Of a stretch of DNA of 25,682 nt, positions 17,060-25,682 are shown piece by piece. Origin of the DNA: a bacterium (lineage in GTDB: Bacteria > SZUA-182 > DTGQ01 > JAFGSM01); assembly GCA_049472335.1 (NCBI GenBank), contig JBLIRO010000070.1:1-25682 (forward strand). Direction: 5' to 3'. Position numbers and translations under genes: made by a program. Under the pieces are notes generated by a model. It saw only the letters and a program-made list of their open reading frames with translations. It had not been told where the DNA came from and did not search any database. The first letter of the stretch is position 1; every line of letters begins with the position of its first letter.

Positions 17060-18601
17060 TTACAGATCTGAAATGATCTCAGTGGTCCGGAAATCGGGAT
17101 ATGCAAGGCAGCCTACCTCCGGCAGATCCAGGCCTTTTATCTCCGTTTCCCTGCTTACCCTGATCCCCATAACAAGATCGCTGATTTTGAAGAACGCATA
17201 AAAACTTATAAAAACAAAACTGAAACATACAATACAGCCGATTAACTGAGCCGCAAACTGGGATGGATTGCCATAAAATAGACCTCGCACGGCCCCTTCC
17301 ATGCCATTCCAGCCCGCACCATATTTCCCGTCCGCAAAGAGTCCTAGGGCCAGACAGCCCCACATCCCGTTTATTCCGTGAACGGAAATCGCACCCACGG
17401 GATCGTCAATTTTAAATACACGTTCAACAAAGTAAACACTCCAGATGACCAAAACACCCGCAACAGCTCCGATGATAAAAGCTGAAACACTGTTTACAAA
17501 GGCGCAGGGTGCCGTAATGGCAACCAACCCCGCAAGCATCCCGTTTGCAGTCATACTGGGATCGGGTTTACCCGTTGTATACCACATATAAAGCATAGCG
17601 CTGATGGAGCCTGCTGCAGATGCAAGCATTGTGTTGACAGCCACAACAGCGATCCTCAGATCACCGCCGGCTAAAGTGCTTCCGGGATTGAATCCAAACC
17701 AGCCAAAGGCCAGAATCAATGTTCCCAAAATTGCTATAGGTATATCGTGGCCGGGTATAGCGTTTGGGGTGCCGTCTTTATTGTATTTTCCGATCCTGGC
17801 TCCCAGGACAGTGGCCCCGGCCAATCCCGCAAAGCCACCGACTGCATGAACCACAGAAGAGCCTGCGAAATCCACAAAACCGTTCCCCAGGCCAAAATTG
17901 GTGCCCAGTTGAGAGAGCCATCCTCCGCCCCACACCCAGTTTCCGTAAATGGGATAGATGAGCATGGACATGAAGAGGCCGTAAATGCAGAAGTGGGAAT
18001 ATTTCCATCGCTCTGCCATAGCGCCTGTGGGGATGGTTACTGCCGTATCCATAAACACCATCTGGAAGAGAAACATGGCGAATATTGCCACATCATAGGC
18101 CGCTCCTGAAAGGAAGAAACCGGTGCCACCAAATATGCCAAAGGATTTGCCAAAAAGGGTGATGGTGATCTCCCTGGAGAGGGCCGCGCCTCCTCCCAGA
18201 GAGGCAAATCCTCCTACTCCCCCCATTTGTAAGGCATAACCGCATATCCAGTAACCTGCCATACCGATCCCATAAACCATGAAGTTCATCATCATGGTTT
18301 CAGCAGCGTTCTTTGCCCGGCAAAACCCTGTCTCCACAAGGGCAAATCCTGCCTGCATGAACATGACCAGGAATCCGGTCAAGAGGACCCATATAAAGTT
18401 GATGGATATACTGTTGTGTCCAACAAAATCTGACAGGGTCTTTATATCTAATGTTTCTACATCCACCCCAAGATCCGCCGCCGTACCGGTGGCCTCCCCT
18501 GTGGGATCACTTACTGCTCTTGTCGAATGCGCAGAGCAGAAAACAATCAATGTAAAACATAGAAACACGAGCAATATCAGCATAACTCTATGTTTTTTCA
18601 T
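17060..18601 (-). CDS. amtB: Ammonium transporter (Amt family)
   Basis: [64 protein letters not shown]. Start placed at ATG 18601 after AGGAGGTG. Confidence 0.95.
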   Translation of the reverse strand: MKKHRVMLILLVFLCFTLIVFCSAHSTRAVSDPTGEATGTAADLGVDVETLDIKTLSDFVGHNSISINFIWVLLTGFLVMFMQAGFALVETGFCRAKNAAETMMMNFMVYGIGMAGYWICGYALQMGGVGGFASLGGGAALSREITITLFGKSFGIFGGTGFFLSGAAYDVAIFAMFLFQMVFMDTAVTIPTGAMAERWKYSHFCIYGLFMSMLIYPIYGNWVWGGGWLSQLGTNFGLGNGFVDFAGSSVVHAVGGFAGLAGATVLGARIGKYNKDGTPNAIPGHDIPIAILGTLILAFGWFGFNPGSTLAGGDLRIAVVAVNTMLASAAGSISAMLYMWYTTGKPDPSMTANGMLAGLVAITAPCAFVNSVSAFIIGAVAGVLVIWSVYFVERVFKIDDPVGAISVHGINGMWGCLALGLFADGKYGAGWNGMEGAVRGLFYGNPSQFAAQLIGCIVCFSFVFISFYAFFKISDLVMGIRVSRETEIKGLDLPEVGCLAYPDFRTTEIISDL

Positions 18602-18721
18602 TTTTTTCACCTCCTGAAAATTATCACAATAAAATCGCGCACCAATAGTATCTTAATGAAAATGCTTTCATTTTATGGGAAAAAGCGAATGGGTTTTTTT
18701 AGAGGAATTTTGAAATAAGCT

Positions 18722-19174
<453 letters not shown>

Positions 19175-19181
19175 TCATAGA

Positions 19182-19373
19182 TCAGAGAAAAGGACTAATT
19201 TTTTGCTGGATTCTTTTCTTATAATGATCATATATGGATCTTCCCATAGCCAGGATTACCACTGTAAATCCACCCAGAATCACAGATTGTGCAGGCGCCC
19301 CAAAAATGATCAGAATCGAGCAAACAAGGATACTAAAAACAATGCTTAAAATTACCGGCTTAAAAAATTCCAT
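19182..19373 (-). CDS. Small two-TM membrane protein of unknown function (~63 aa)
   Basis: AAGGAGGTG SD 8 nt before the ATG at 19373; two hydrophobic segments and a basic tail; co-oriented within the operon. Confidence 0.65.
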   Translation of the reverse strand: MEFFKPVILSIVFSILVCSILIIFGAPAQSVILGGFTVVILAMGRSIYDHYKKRIQQKISPFL

Positions 19374-19390
19374 ATCCATCACCTCCTTAT

Positions 19391-19765
19391 TTAAAAGGAA
19401 TATCCCATAACGACTCCCCCATATGCCTTTTTATCCTGACCACCATCCTGCTCATCCTCTAAATCACCATAGGGCACTGAATAACAGAGGGTTGGAGTCA
19501 TGGTCAGTGTTTTCATCAACGGGATATTAAATCCTGCTGCCATGGTAATATCTCCTCCGGTGCCTTCTATAAAATGACCTTCGTTATAACCAACATGCCC
19601 GGAGATATCGAGGACAAACCCTCTCCAGACATATTTGGAATAAAAGGCAAAATCACCACTTATTTGTAAATCCTCAGGTAATAGAACTTCCTGGGCAAAA
19701 GCAGTTGTATTGACAAGTACAAAGGCCGAAAAAACAAAAACCCAGATCAATGCTTTCTTTTTCAT
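19391..19765 (-). CDS. TorF/TIGR02001-like putative porin, apparently internally deleted (124 aa)
   Basis: Signal peptide (AFA-Q), ISGDFAFYSKYVWRG N-terminal motif, C-terminal GVVMGYSF with the terminal Phe of outer-membrane proteins; upstream of PII-amt; roughly half the usual family length. Confidence 0.7.
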   Translation of the reverse strand: MKKKALIWVFVFSAFVLVNTTAFAQEVLLPEDLQISGDFAFYSKYVWRGFVLDISGHVGYNEGHFIEGTGGDITMAAGFNIPLMKTLTMTPTLCYSVPYGDLEDEQDGGQDKKAYGGVVMGYSF

Positions 19766-19766
19766 A

Positions 19767-19796
19767 TATATTCTCCTATATTCTTCTATATTCTTC
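19767..19796. repeat. 10-bp tandem repeat x3 overlapping the RBS
   Basis: TATATTCTCC TATATTCTTC TATATTCTTC; the ATG-proximal copy provides GGAG on the minus strand. Confidence 0.8.
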
Positions 19797-19954
19797 TTTT
19801 ACAATTGATTATCTTTTAATAAAAATGCCATCATCCTACTAAAGATTTTTCTCACGGCATGCACCTCCTTATAGCAAAATTTTAAAGAAATCATTTAGGC
19901 TATTAATAGATATCTTTAAATGAACTTTTTCTGATTCTTTAAAATCAGATTAGG

Positions 19955-19969
19955 GCAAGGGACGTGCCA
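19955..19969 (-). promoter_or_regulatory. Sigma54 (-24/-12) promoter of the porin-PII-amt unit
   Basis: Minus strand TGGCACGTCCCTTGC, a perfect TGGCAC-N5-TTGC consensus. Confidence 0.85.
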
Positions 19970-20338
19970 TAGGCTTAACCGGATTGGAATAAAGGGAAAA
20001 GGCTTTATTTTACAAGCTATTAGAAAAAAATGGATTATATATTTCATTGATTTTAATAGCCAGTGCGAGATTAAATTCTGGCAGGAAATAGTTGGAGGCT
20101 CTAAAAATATATTTATGCATGATATTGAAAATAAAGGAGAATTTACATATTGACTCTTTTTTATCATACTGCTAATTTTCTAGCATCTCTTGAAATAAAT
20201 AATCTTTAACCTTGACAGATGGGTTATAAAAGAATAAAAGAATATAAGTGGTTTCTGTCTATATCTTATAAATCAAGCTGGAATCTTAATATTTTTTTGT
20301 CTATATGAGTTTTAAAAAAACAACAGGAGTAAATCCAG

Positions 20339-21055
20339 GTGAATCCCAAAGCTATGGAACCTTACGGTATGGCACTGCTTGCTTACTATAAAGGTGAAAC
20401 AAATGCCGAATTGATTGTCCGCAGAGACGACGGACAGGAAACGCCCCTTCCTGTTAAATTTTTCTTCCGGGATCCTTCCTCACCCATCGATAATGCGGCG
20501 ATCGACCGTTGCACAGGACATGTACTGGATATAGGGGCCGGAACCGGACTGCATACTCAAGCCCTTCAACAAAAAGGCTTACCAGTAACGGCCATAGACA
20601 TCAATCCTCAAGCAGTAGACATAATGAGACAAAAGGGTTTGATAGATGTACATTGTACAGATATTTTTGATTTTCGGAGAGGGTGTTTTGATACTCTCTT
20701 AATGATGGGGCACGGGATTGGTGTAGTTGAAACAATTGCCGGTCTGGATCGTTTCCTTGCCTTCGCACACGTTCTGTTGTCCGAGAATGGTCAGGTGTTG
20801 TTAGACTCTCTCGATGTTCGAATCACAGACAACCCAAATGATCTTGCATATCATGAAGCCAATCGGCAAGCAGGACGATACATTGGAGAGATACGAATAC
20901 AATTCGAGTTTCAGGGTAACAAGGGACCCTTTTGTGGCTGGTTGCATGCTGATGCTGAAACTTTAAAAAATCACGCTGAGTTGGCCGGGTGGCAATGTGA
21001 GGTTATATACCGTGAAGAAAACGGTAATTACCTTGCAGTGCTCAAAAAAACATAA
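20339..21055 (+). CDS. Class I SAM-dependent methyltransferase
   Basis: VLDIGAGTG motif I, AIDIN motif II, FDTLLMMGHGIG; AGGAG SD before the GTG. Confidence 0.9.
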   Translation: MNPKAMEPYGMALLAYYKGETNAELIVRRDDGQETPLPVKFFFRDPSSPIDNAAIDRCTGHVLDIGAGTGLHTQALQQKGLPVTAIDINPQAVDIMRQKGLIDVHCTDIFDFRRGCFDTLLMMGHGIGVVETIAGLDRFLAFAHVLLSENGQVLLDSLDVRITDNPNDLAYHEANRQAGRYIGEIRIQFEFQGNKGPFCGWLHADAETLKNHAELAGWQCEVIYREENGNYLAVLKKT

Positions 21056-21143
21056 AAATTCATACAAAGTAAATCAAACTGTTGACTGTTGATATCTTGC
21101 AGCTTAATTTCTAATATTGGAAACAAATTCAAACGAGGAGCTT

Positions 21144-22283
21144 ATGAAATTTGAAGATGCTGTTCATACCTTTTTGAAGGAACTGGTTCACTTTGACTAT
21201 GATCTTTCATGTACCGACCTCGTCTGGAACCTCATTTTCCCTGACGATAAAGGCAAATGGTACCATATGCATATTACCAAATATGGGCATACTTTCTTTA
21301 TCAGCCATATTGACGGCAATAGCTGTTCACTGGAAGTAGTGCCAAAAAAGAGCGTACAGGTGATGAGGTCACTAGGTTTTTCATCTTACGAGAATGGCAG
21401 AGTCGACCCTATCGATATATGGGGGTCTATTATTGCGTCGGCCTGTAGATGGCTGAAGTCAGTTAAACAAAACTGGATAAAAGCCAATAAGCTCACTCAG
21501 GAGTTGTATCCACATAATCGTCGGTTCGGAATTGTGCCAAATTATCTCATCAGAGCCTCGCTTACCGATATTTATCGGCTTGACAAGGAGCTGGGCAAAT
21601 CAAAGAGCAGGAAATTTATTCGACTGGTGGAAGAGGGCTATTTCCATAAGGAAAGTAATACAATATTAGAATCCATGACAGCAAAGGATTACTTTGACTA
21701 TTGCAGGATCGCCTATATTGCCGGAAGAAGAAAGGATGATTATGTAGACGAGAATATGTCAGGACGGGAAATGTATAAAAGCTTTGCTGATGGCAGGCAT
21801 GAGGGGCTTCTTGATATAAACGCCGACTCAAAACAGGAATTTTCCGATTGGATTGATGAAAAACATCCAAAAAGAAACACTGGCGGACATCCATGGGAGA
21901 TCAAACGAGGGGGTAATACAACCCATATAGATCTCAGTGTTTCCCGACCATCTTTTAACAGAAAAGAGGGATTTAAGATTGAACTCTGTGCCACTTCCAT
22001 AAGCAGATTGAAAGAGACAATTCAGATGTTCTTAGCGATCTATGATGCATCATTTCCAATCTCGATTGCAGATCCGGAAGGAATTCGCAAAAGGCTTCTT
22101 GCTCAAGACAATATCGGCATTATTCCATGCTACCACACATTACATAGGGCTAACCAGCATTTCGCAGAAAATCAGCATGTCTATGACGTTTTGTATTATG
22201 ATGATTTAGGCAGATATAAACGCAGGATTACCCCATTTATAACTTGGGAACCTTTGCCCATACTCAGGCCAAAGGATATTTAA
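21144..22283 (+). CDS. Hypothetical protein (~379 aa)
   Basis: Long ORF; GAGGAG SD before the ATG at 21144; distinctive DGRHEGL and GGHPWEIKRGGNTTHIDL segments; no family recognised. Confidence 0.8.
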   Translation: MKFEDAVHTFLKELVHFDYDLSCTDLVWNLIFPDDKGKWYHMHITKYGHTFFISHIDGNSCSLEVVPKKSVQVMRSLGFSSYENGRVDPIDIWGSIIASACRWLKSVKQNWIKANKLTQELYPHNRRFGIVPNYLIRASLTDIYRLDKELGKSKSRKFIRLVEEGYFHKESNTILESMTAKDYFDYCRIAYIAGRRKDDYVDENMSGREMYKSFADGRHEGLLDINADSKQEFSDWIDEKHPKRNTGGHPWEIKRGGNTTHIDLSVSRPSFNRKEGFKIELCATSISRLKETIQMFLAIYDASFPISIADPEGIRKRLLAQDNIGIIPCYHTLHRANQHFAENQHVYDVLYYDDLGRYKRRITPFITWEPLPILRPKDI

Positions 22284-22358
22284 GCCGAGAAAACGGGTTG
22301 AGTCAATAACTAGCCTGAGACTAAATTTGATGAAGGGAAGAACTAAATAGGTAATAAA

Positions 22359-22749
22359 ATGATTGATCCAAGTAATCCAAAACATAAAGACACGCCATCC
22401 GAAAAAAACAAATTTCAGGTTATGGTCAAGGAATATCAGGATACCTCCGGTGCAAGTCTGTTTTATGAGCAATATGAAACCATAATACCTATATCCTCCT
22501 TTGATCACGCTAAGAAATATAAGATAGCATGTGAAGCCTGCAATAAATTCGGCAAGAACCTTTCGTGTCCGCCATACAGCCCATACTTCCCTGAATATTT
22601 AAACACACAAAATTATGCAAAGGTCTTATGTATCAGGATGCCACAAGAGTATTTCAGGGATGTAATCCAAGAAAAAATTTACAGGGAATGCTTCAGGAAA
22701 GCCAGAAATATTCTGTTTGATGAATTATTGAGTTATAGAAAACGAGGCA
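22359..22749 (+). pseudogene. DUF2284 (predicted metal-binding protein), 3'-truncated
   Basis: CEACNKFGKNLSCPPY motif; similarity appears to stop at RKRG, where the nuclease gene fragment begins in another frame (the ORF reads on to 22859). Confidence 0.7.
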
Positions 22750-23802
22750 CATGTGCAGGCTTCTTTTGTAGTGCTCATGCTTACTGGCGGGTTTGCACCT
22801 TGTATGCCGTGCTGGCCTATCAACAAGATAAAGCTGCAAGGCAAGTTTATCGGATATGACACGGATGATATGATCGTTTTTGTTGAAAAGGCAGGCAGTA
22901 ATCAGAAATGCAAGATACTTGCTCAGATCAAGCATTCCATAAACATAACTGAAAACAATAAAGTTTTCAGCGAGGTCATTCAGGCCGCATGGAACGACTT
23001 TAACAATCCCAGCCTTTTTTCAAGAAACAAAGACGCCATTGTATTAATCACCGGCCCATTAAGTAAAACGGATGTCAACGATGTACGTACTATTCTTGAA
23101 TGGGCAAGGCACTCGGAAAACGCTGAGGAGTTCATCAGGAAAGTAGAGTTGACTAATTTAAGCAGCGTGAGCAAACAAAACAAGTTACGGGCCTTCAAAA
23201 TAAATCTGAAAAATGCCAATGGTGGCAATCCCGTTTCAGATGAAGTTCTTTTTGAATTTCTTAAACATTTTCACCTTCTTGGCTATGACCTGGATATCAA
23301 GGCAGGGATCACCTTATCGCTGCTTCATTCTCTGAACAGTTCCTGGATCCCCAAAATCAGGGAAATACTCTTACAGTCAACAAGCCCTATAACACTAAAA
23401 AATGGAAGGTGGCGGGTTACTGAACGGAAGGGTTTATGGCAGGCTTTGAGCACAAGGCTCTTTGATGATAATTTGAACAACTTTAAGCAGTGTATTATCC
23501 CAGTCCTGGAAGAGCGTGATCCCAAGTTTGATCTACCATCCGAAGAACGATATGCATCCAGTATTCATGGAAAGGTGTTAAAGCATTCACCCGAACTTAG
23601 AAAGGGGCTGGCTGAAACTCTGGCACTTCTTGGTACTCAGCCAGATGACCAGATCAACTATTCAAAAAACAGTCCAAAGACCATTGCGGTTTTGGCAGTT
23701 CGCGAAATTTTTACCAAGGCTGACTGGGTGCTGTGGGGCAGTTTGAACTACCTTCTCCCTATATTGGCCGAAGCAGCATCAGGTGTCCAACGGTACAAAT
23801 AA
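22744..23802 (+). pseudogene. Fragment 1 of a large protein with an N-terminal PD-(D/E)xK-type nuclease domain (putative defence gene)
   Basis: EAHVQASFVVLMLTGG, TDDMIVF...LAQIKHS (D...QxK), then a helical region LRKGLAETLALLG and LLPILAEAA. Lacks its true start and appears internally deleted near 23334. Confidence 0.6.
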
Positions 23803-24719
23803 GCCTTCATGGCGTAATCCCATTCCCAATGATTGGAAAAGGGATGTCACCGAGAAGGAATACGAGGAGGAATATCGGAATCTGGTTTTATTTTACTCTG
23901 AACTGGCTGTTTCGATGGCAAGCAATGACATGGAGAAGCTAAATGAACTTGTCGGTCATCTGGACAACTTGCCTAAACCTCATTTTGATAAAATTTTGGA
24001 ACATATGTCGTCGAAAGCTGTTTCCAGCAGACCGGAAGAAGAACGCCTGATGATTTGGACTGGTCTGTGTAACTTTACTTCCAGGCATAGACGCTTTTCT
24101 GATGCAAAATGGGCTTTGGGAAGTAAGATCATTTCAAAGATTGAGGCTGTTGCTGCGAAACTCGCCCCCACCAATCCATTATACCTTCATCGCAGGTTGT
24201 TTGCTGGCCATGACTTCGATCTTTACGAAGAAAAAGGGAACTTGGAAGAACAGCGGAAAAAGCTCGAAGAACGACGTCAGCAGGCAATAAAAGATATTCT
24301 AGCCCATGGTGGAATGAATATGATCATTCAATTTGCCCAAGCCGTCGAGTCGCCTTCGAAAGTTGGATTTTCGCTTGGTATTATCGCCAAAGCAAAATTT
24401 GATAAACACATACTTCCAACGTTTCTGGAAACAGATAATAAAAAACTCGCACAATTTACAGGCGATTATGTTTGCAGCCGTCAATATAAAAATGGCTGGG
24501 CATGGGCCGATGGTCTGGATAGATCGAGCTGGTCAGCCCCACAGGTCGGTCAGTTTTTAAGCTATCTGCCTTTTTCTAAGGAGGCCTGGGATCGGGCGGA
24601 AGCTTGGCTTGGCAAGTCTGAAAGGGAGTACTGGAGCAGGACCACCGCGAGCCTGTATCATACAGATGAAGCAGTAGGGTCTGCCATAGACAAACTGATT
24701 GAATATGAGAGACCTTATA
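23783..24719 (+). pseudogene. Fragment 2 of the same large helical protein, 3'-truncated
   Basis: Continues in a different frame (KPSWRNPIP...KLIEYERP); after about 24719 the ORF reads antisense through the Rpn fragment to 24856. Confidence 0.6.
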
Positions 24720-25013
24720 GCGAAGCAGTTGAAAAGAAACTAGTGCATCGGGATAGCTTTTATGTTCAAAAAGAAGATAAATCCATGCAGGATGGCTTTG
24801 AAGATCCACCTTATAGAGGATGTCTGAAAAGTATTCCTGTAATTCCTTTTCAATGAATGAATCTTTGGAGATAGAGAGTGTTGAGAGGTCTATGATTTTT
24901 TTGATATCCTCCGGCAGATACAGGGACAAAAATTCCCTTGCCTCTTGCTCTTTTGAGAAGAACTCCCTGAAGAATTTATCATGGGGATTGATGATTTTTT
25001 CTTTATTATCCAT
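24711..25013 (-). pseudogene. Rpn/YhgA-like recombination-promoting nuclease (putative transposase), N-terminal third only
   Basis: NPHDKFF, SFIEKELQEYFSDILY, YLLFEHKSYPD, FQLLRY; similarity ends after about 100 aa. Confidence 0.85.
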
Positions 25014-25137
25014 ATCTTAATATTACAGTAAGGGAAAAAAATGGCAACCGGGGATGCCCGAACCAGGGCTAGGCTATGAGTATTGTTGATTTCACCCGTT
25101 GACACTTGTTCTGACTCTTTTCGAAGCCCTCTGAATT

Positions 25138-25165
25138 TGTTAATATAATAACCATTATGTTGCAA
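25138..25165. other. dif-like tyrosine-recombinase core site / possible element end
   Basis: TGTTAATATAA-TAACCA-TTATGTTGCAA (11-6-11 layout); an inverted copy of the ATTATGTTG arm lies at 25281-25289. Confidence 0.45.
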
Positions 25166-25338
25166 GTTGAGCTAACCATTTGATAAAAAAGGTTTAAAGA
25201 CAATGCCGCAAGAAAAAAGAGTTTGCTTTTAGTAAACAAAAGGATATACTACTGGGGTTACAATTTTTGCAACCCACTGACAACATAATATTTTCCACAG
25301 GACATACCCATTTCTATTGAGCCAAAATAGAAGGCCCG

Positions 25339-25682
25339 TCATAAGCTATCAAGCCAGTTCAGGATATCCTTTTTATTATCCCAGTCAATCAGCTCTGTTA
25401 TTTTAGGATCACATTCTATAGGAGAACGGGCATATTCCATGAATTGCTTTTGGATCTCCCTTTTTCTTGAAAGACTCAGGTGCAGATACACCATGGTGGA
25501 TTGTATATCAACATGGCCAAGGCGGTTTTTGATATCAGTAATAGAGGCGCCATTGAGGAGCATATGCACTGCACAGGAGTGGACGGAGGCTGTGGACGGG
25601 ATTGAGTTCACTCATACGTTGAGCAGAAAAGGCACGGGAGAGATACTTTTTACAGAGTCTATAGATACCATGCCGTGTAAAC
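25339..25682 (-). pseudogene. Tyrosine recombinase/integrase (RIT-like), partial at the window edge and frameshifted
   Basis: FTRHGIYRLCKKY...NPVHSLR, one extra base at 25581-25582, then HSCAVHMLLNGASITDIKNRLGHVDIQSTMVY; C-terminus DILNWLDSL. Confidence 0.85.

Noticed and set aside
19916..20167. 83-aa minus-strand ORF
   Set aside because: Overlaps the sigma54 promoter in AT-rich intergenic DNA; no convincing SD or motif.
22359..22859. Full 166-aa ORF as an intact DUF2284 gene
   Set aside because: The last ~36 codons are an out-of-frame reading of the nuclease fragment.
24820..25165. ORFs 24820..25020 (+) and 24890..25165 (-)
   Set aside because: Alternative frames over the Rpn fragment and intergenic DNA.

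Overview
AT-rich bacterial DNA, probably from a diderm (Gram-negative) organism; Desulfobacterota-like or candidate-phylum affinity is a guess. From left to right: (1) a VapBC-type toxin-antitoxin pair; (2) a ~1410-aa secreted surface protein (TSP3 repeats plus two parallel beta-helix modules) with a near-consensus sigma70 promoter and a repeat-rich leader; (3) a CREST/ceramidase-like membrane hydrolase; (4) a four-gene minus-strand cluster that looks like a non-canonical chaperone-usher (donor-strand) pilus system, the best candidate here for an undescribed system; (5) a nitrogen-uptake locus of two apparently sigma54-driven units, [internally shortened TorF-like porin, small membrane protein, PII(Y51), Amt] and [Amt, PII(M51), Gln-dependent NadE]; (6) a SAM methyltransferase and a conserved-looking hypothetical protein; (7) a decayed mobile/defence region with a DUF2284 fragment, a fragmented large PD-(D/E)xK nuclease protein, an Rpn transposase fragment, and a frameshifted RIT-like tyrosine recombinase next to a dif-like site. 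Many genes and intergenic remnants appear internally deleted or fused. No CRISPR array, tRNA or rRNA was seen. Family calls rest on recognised motifs only; no database search was run.
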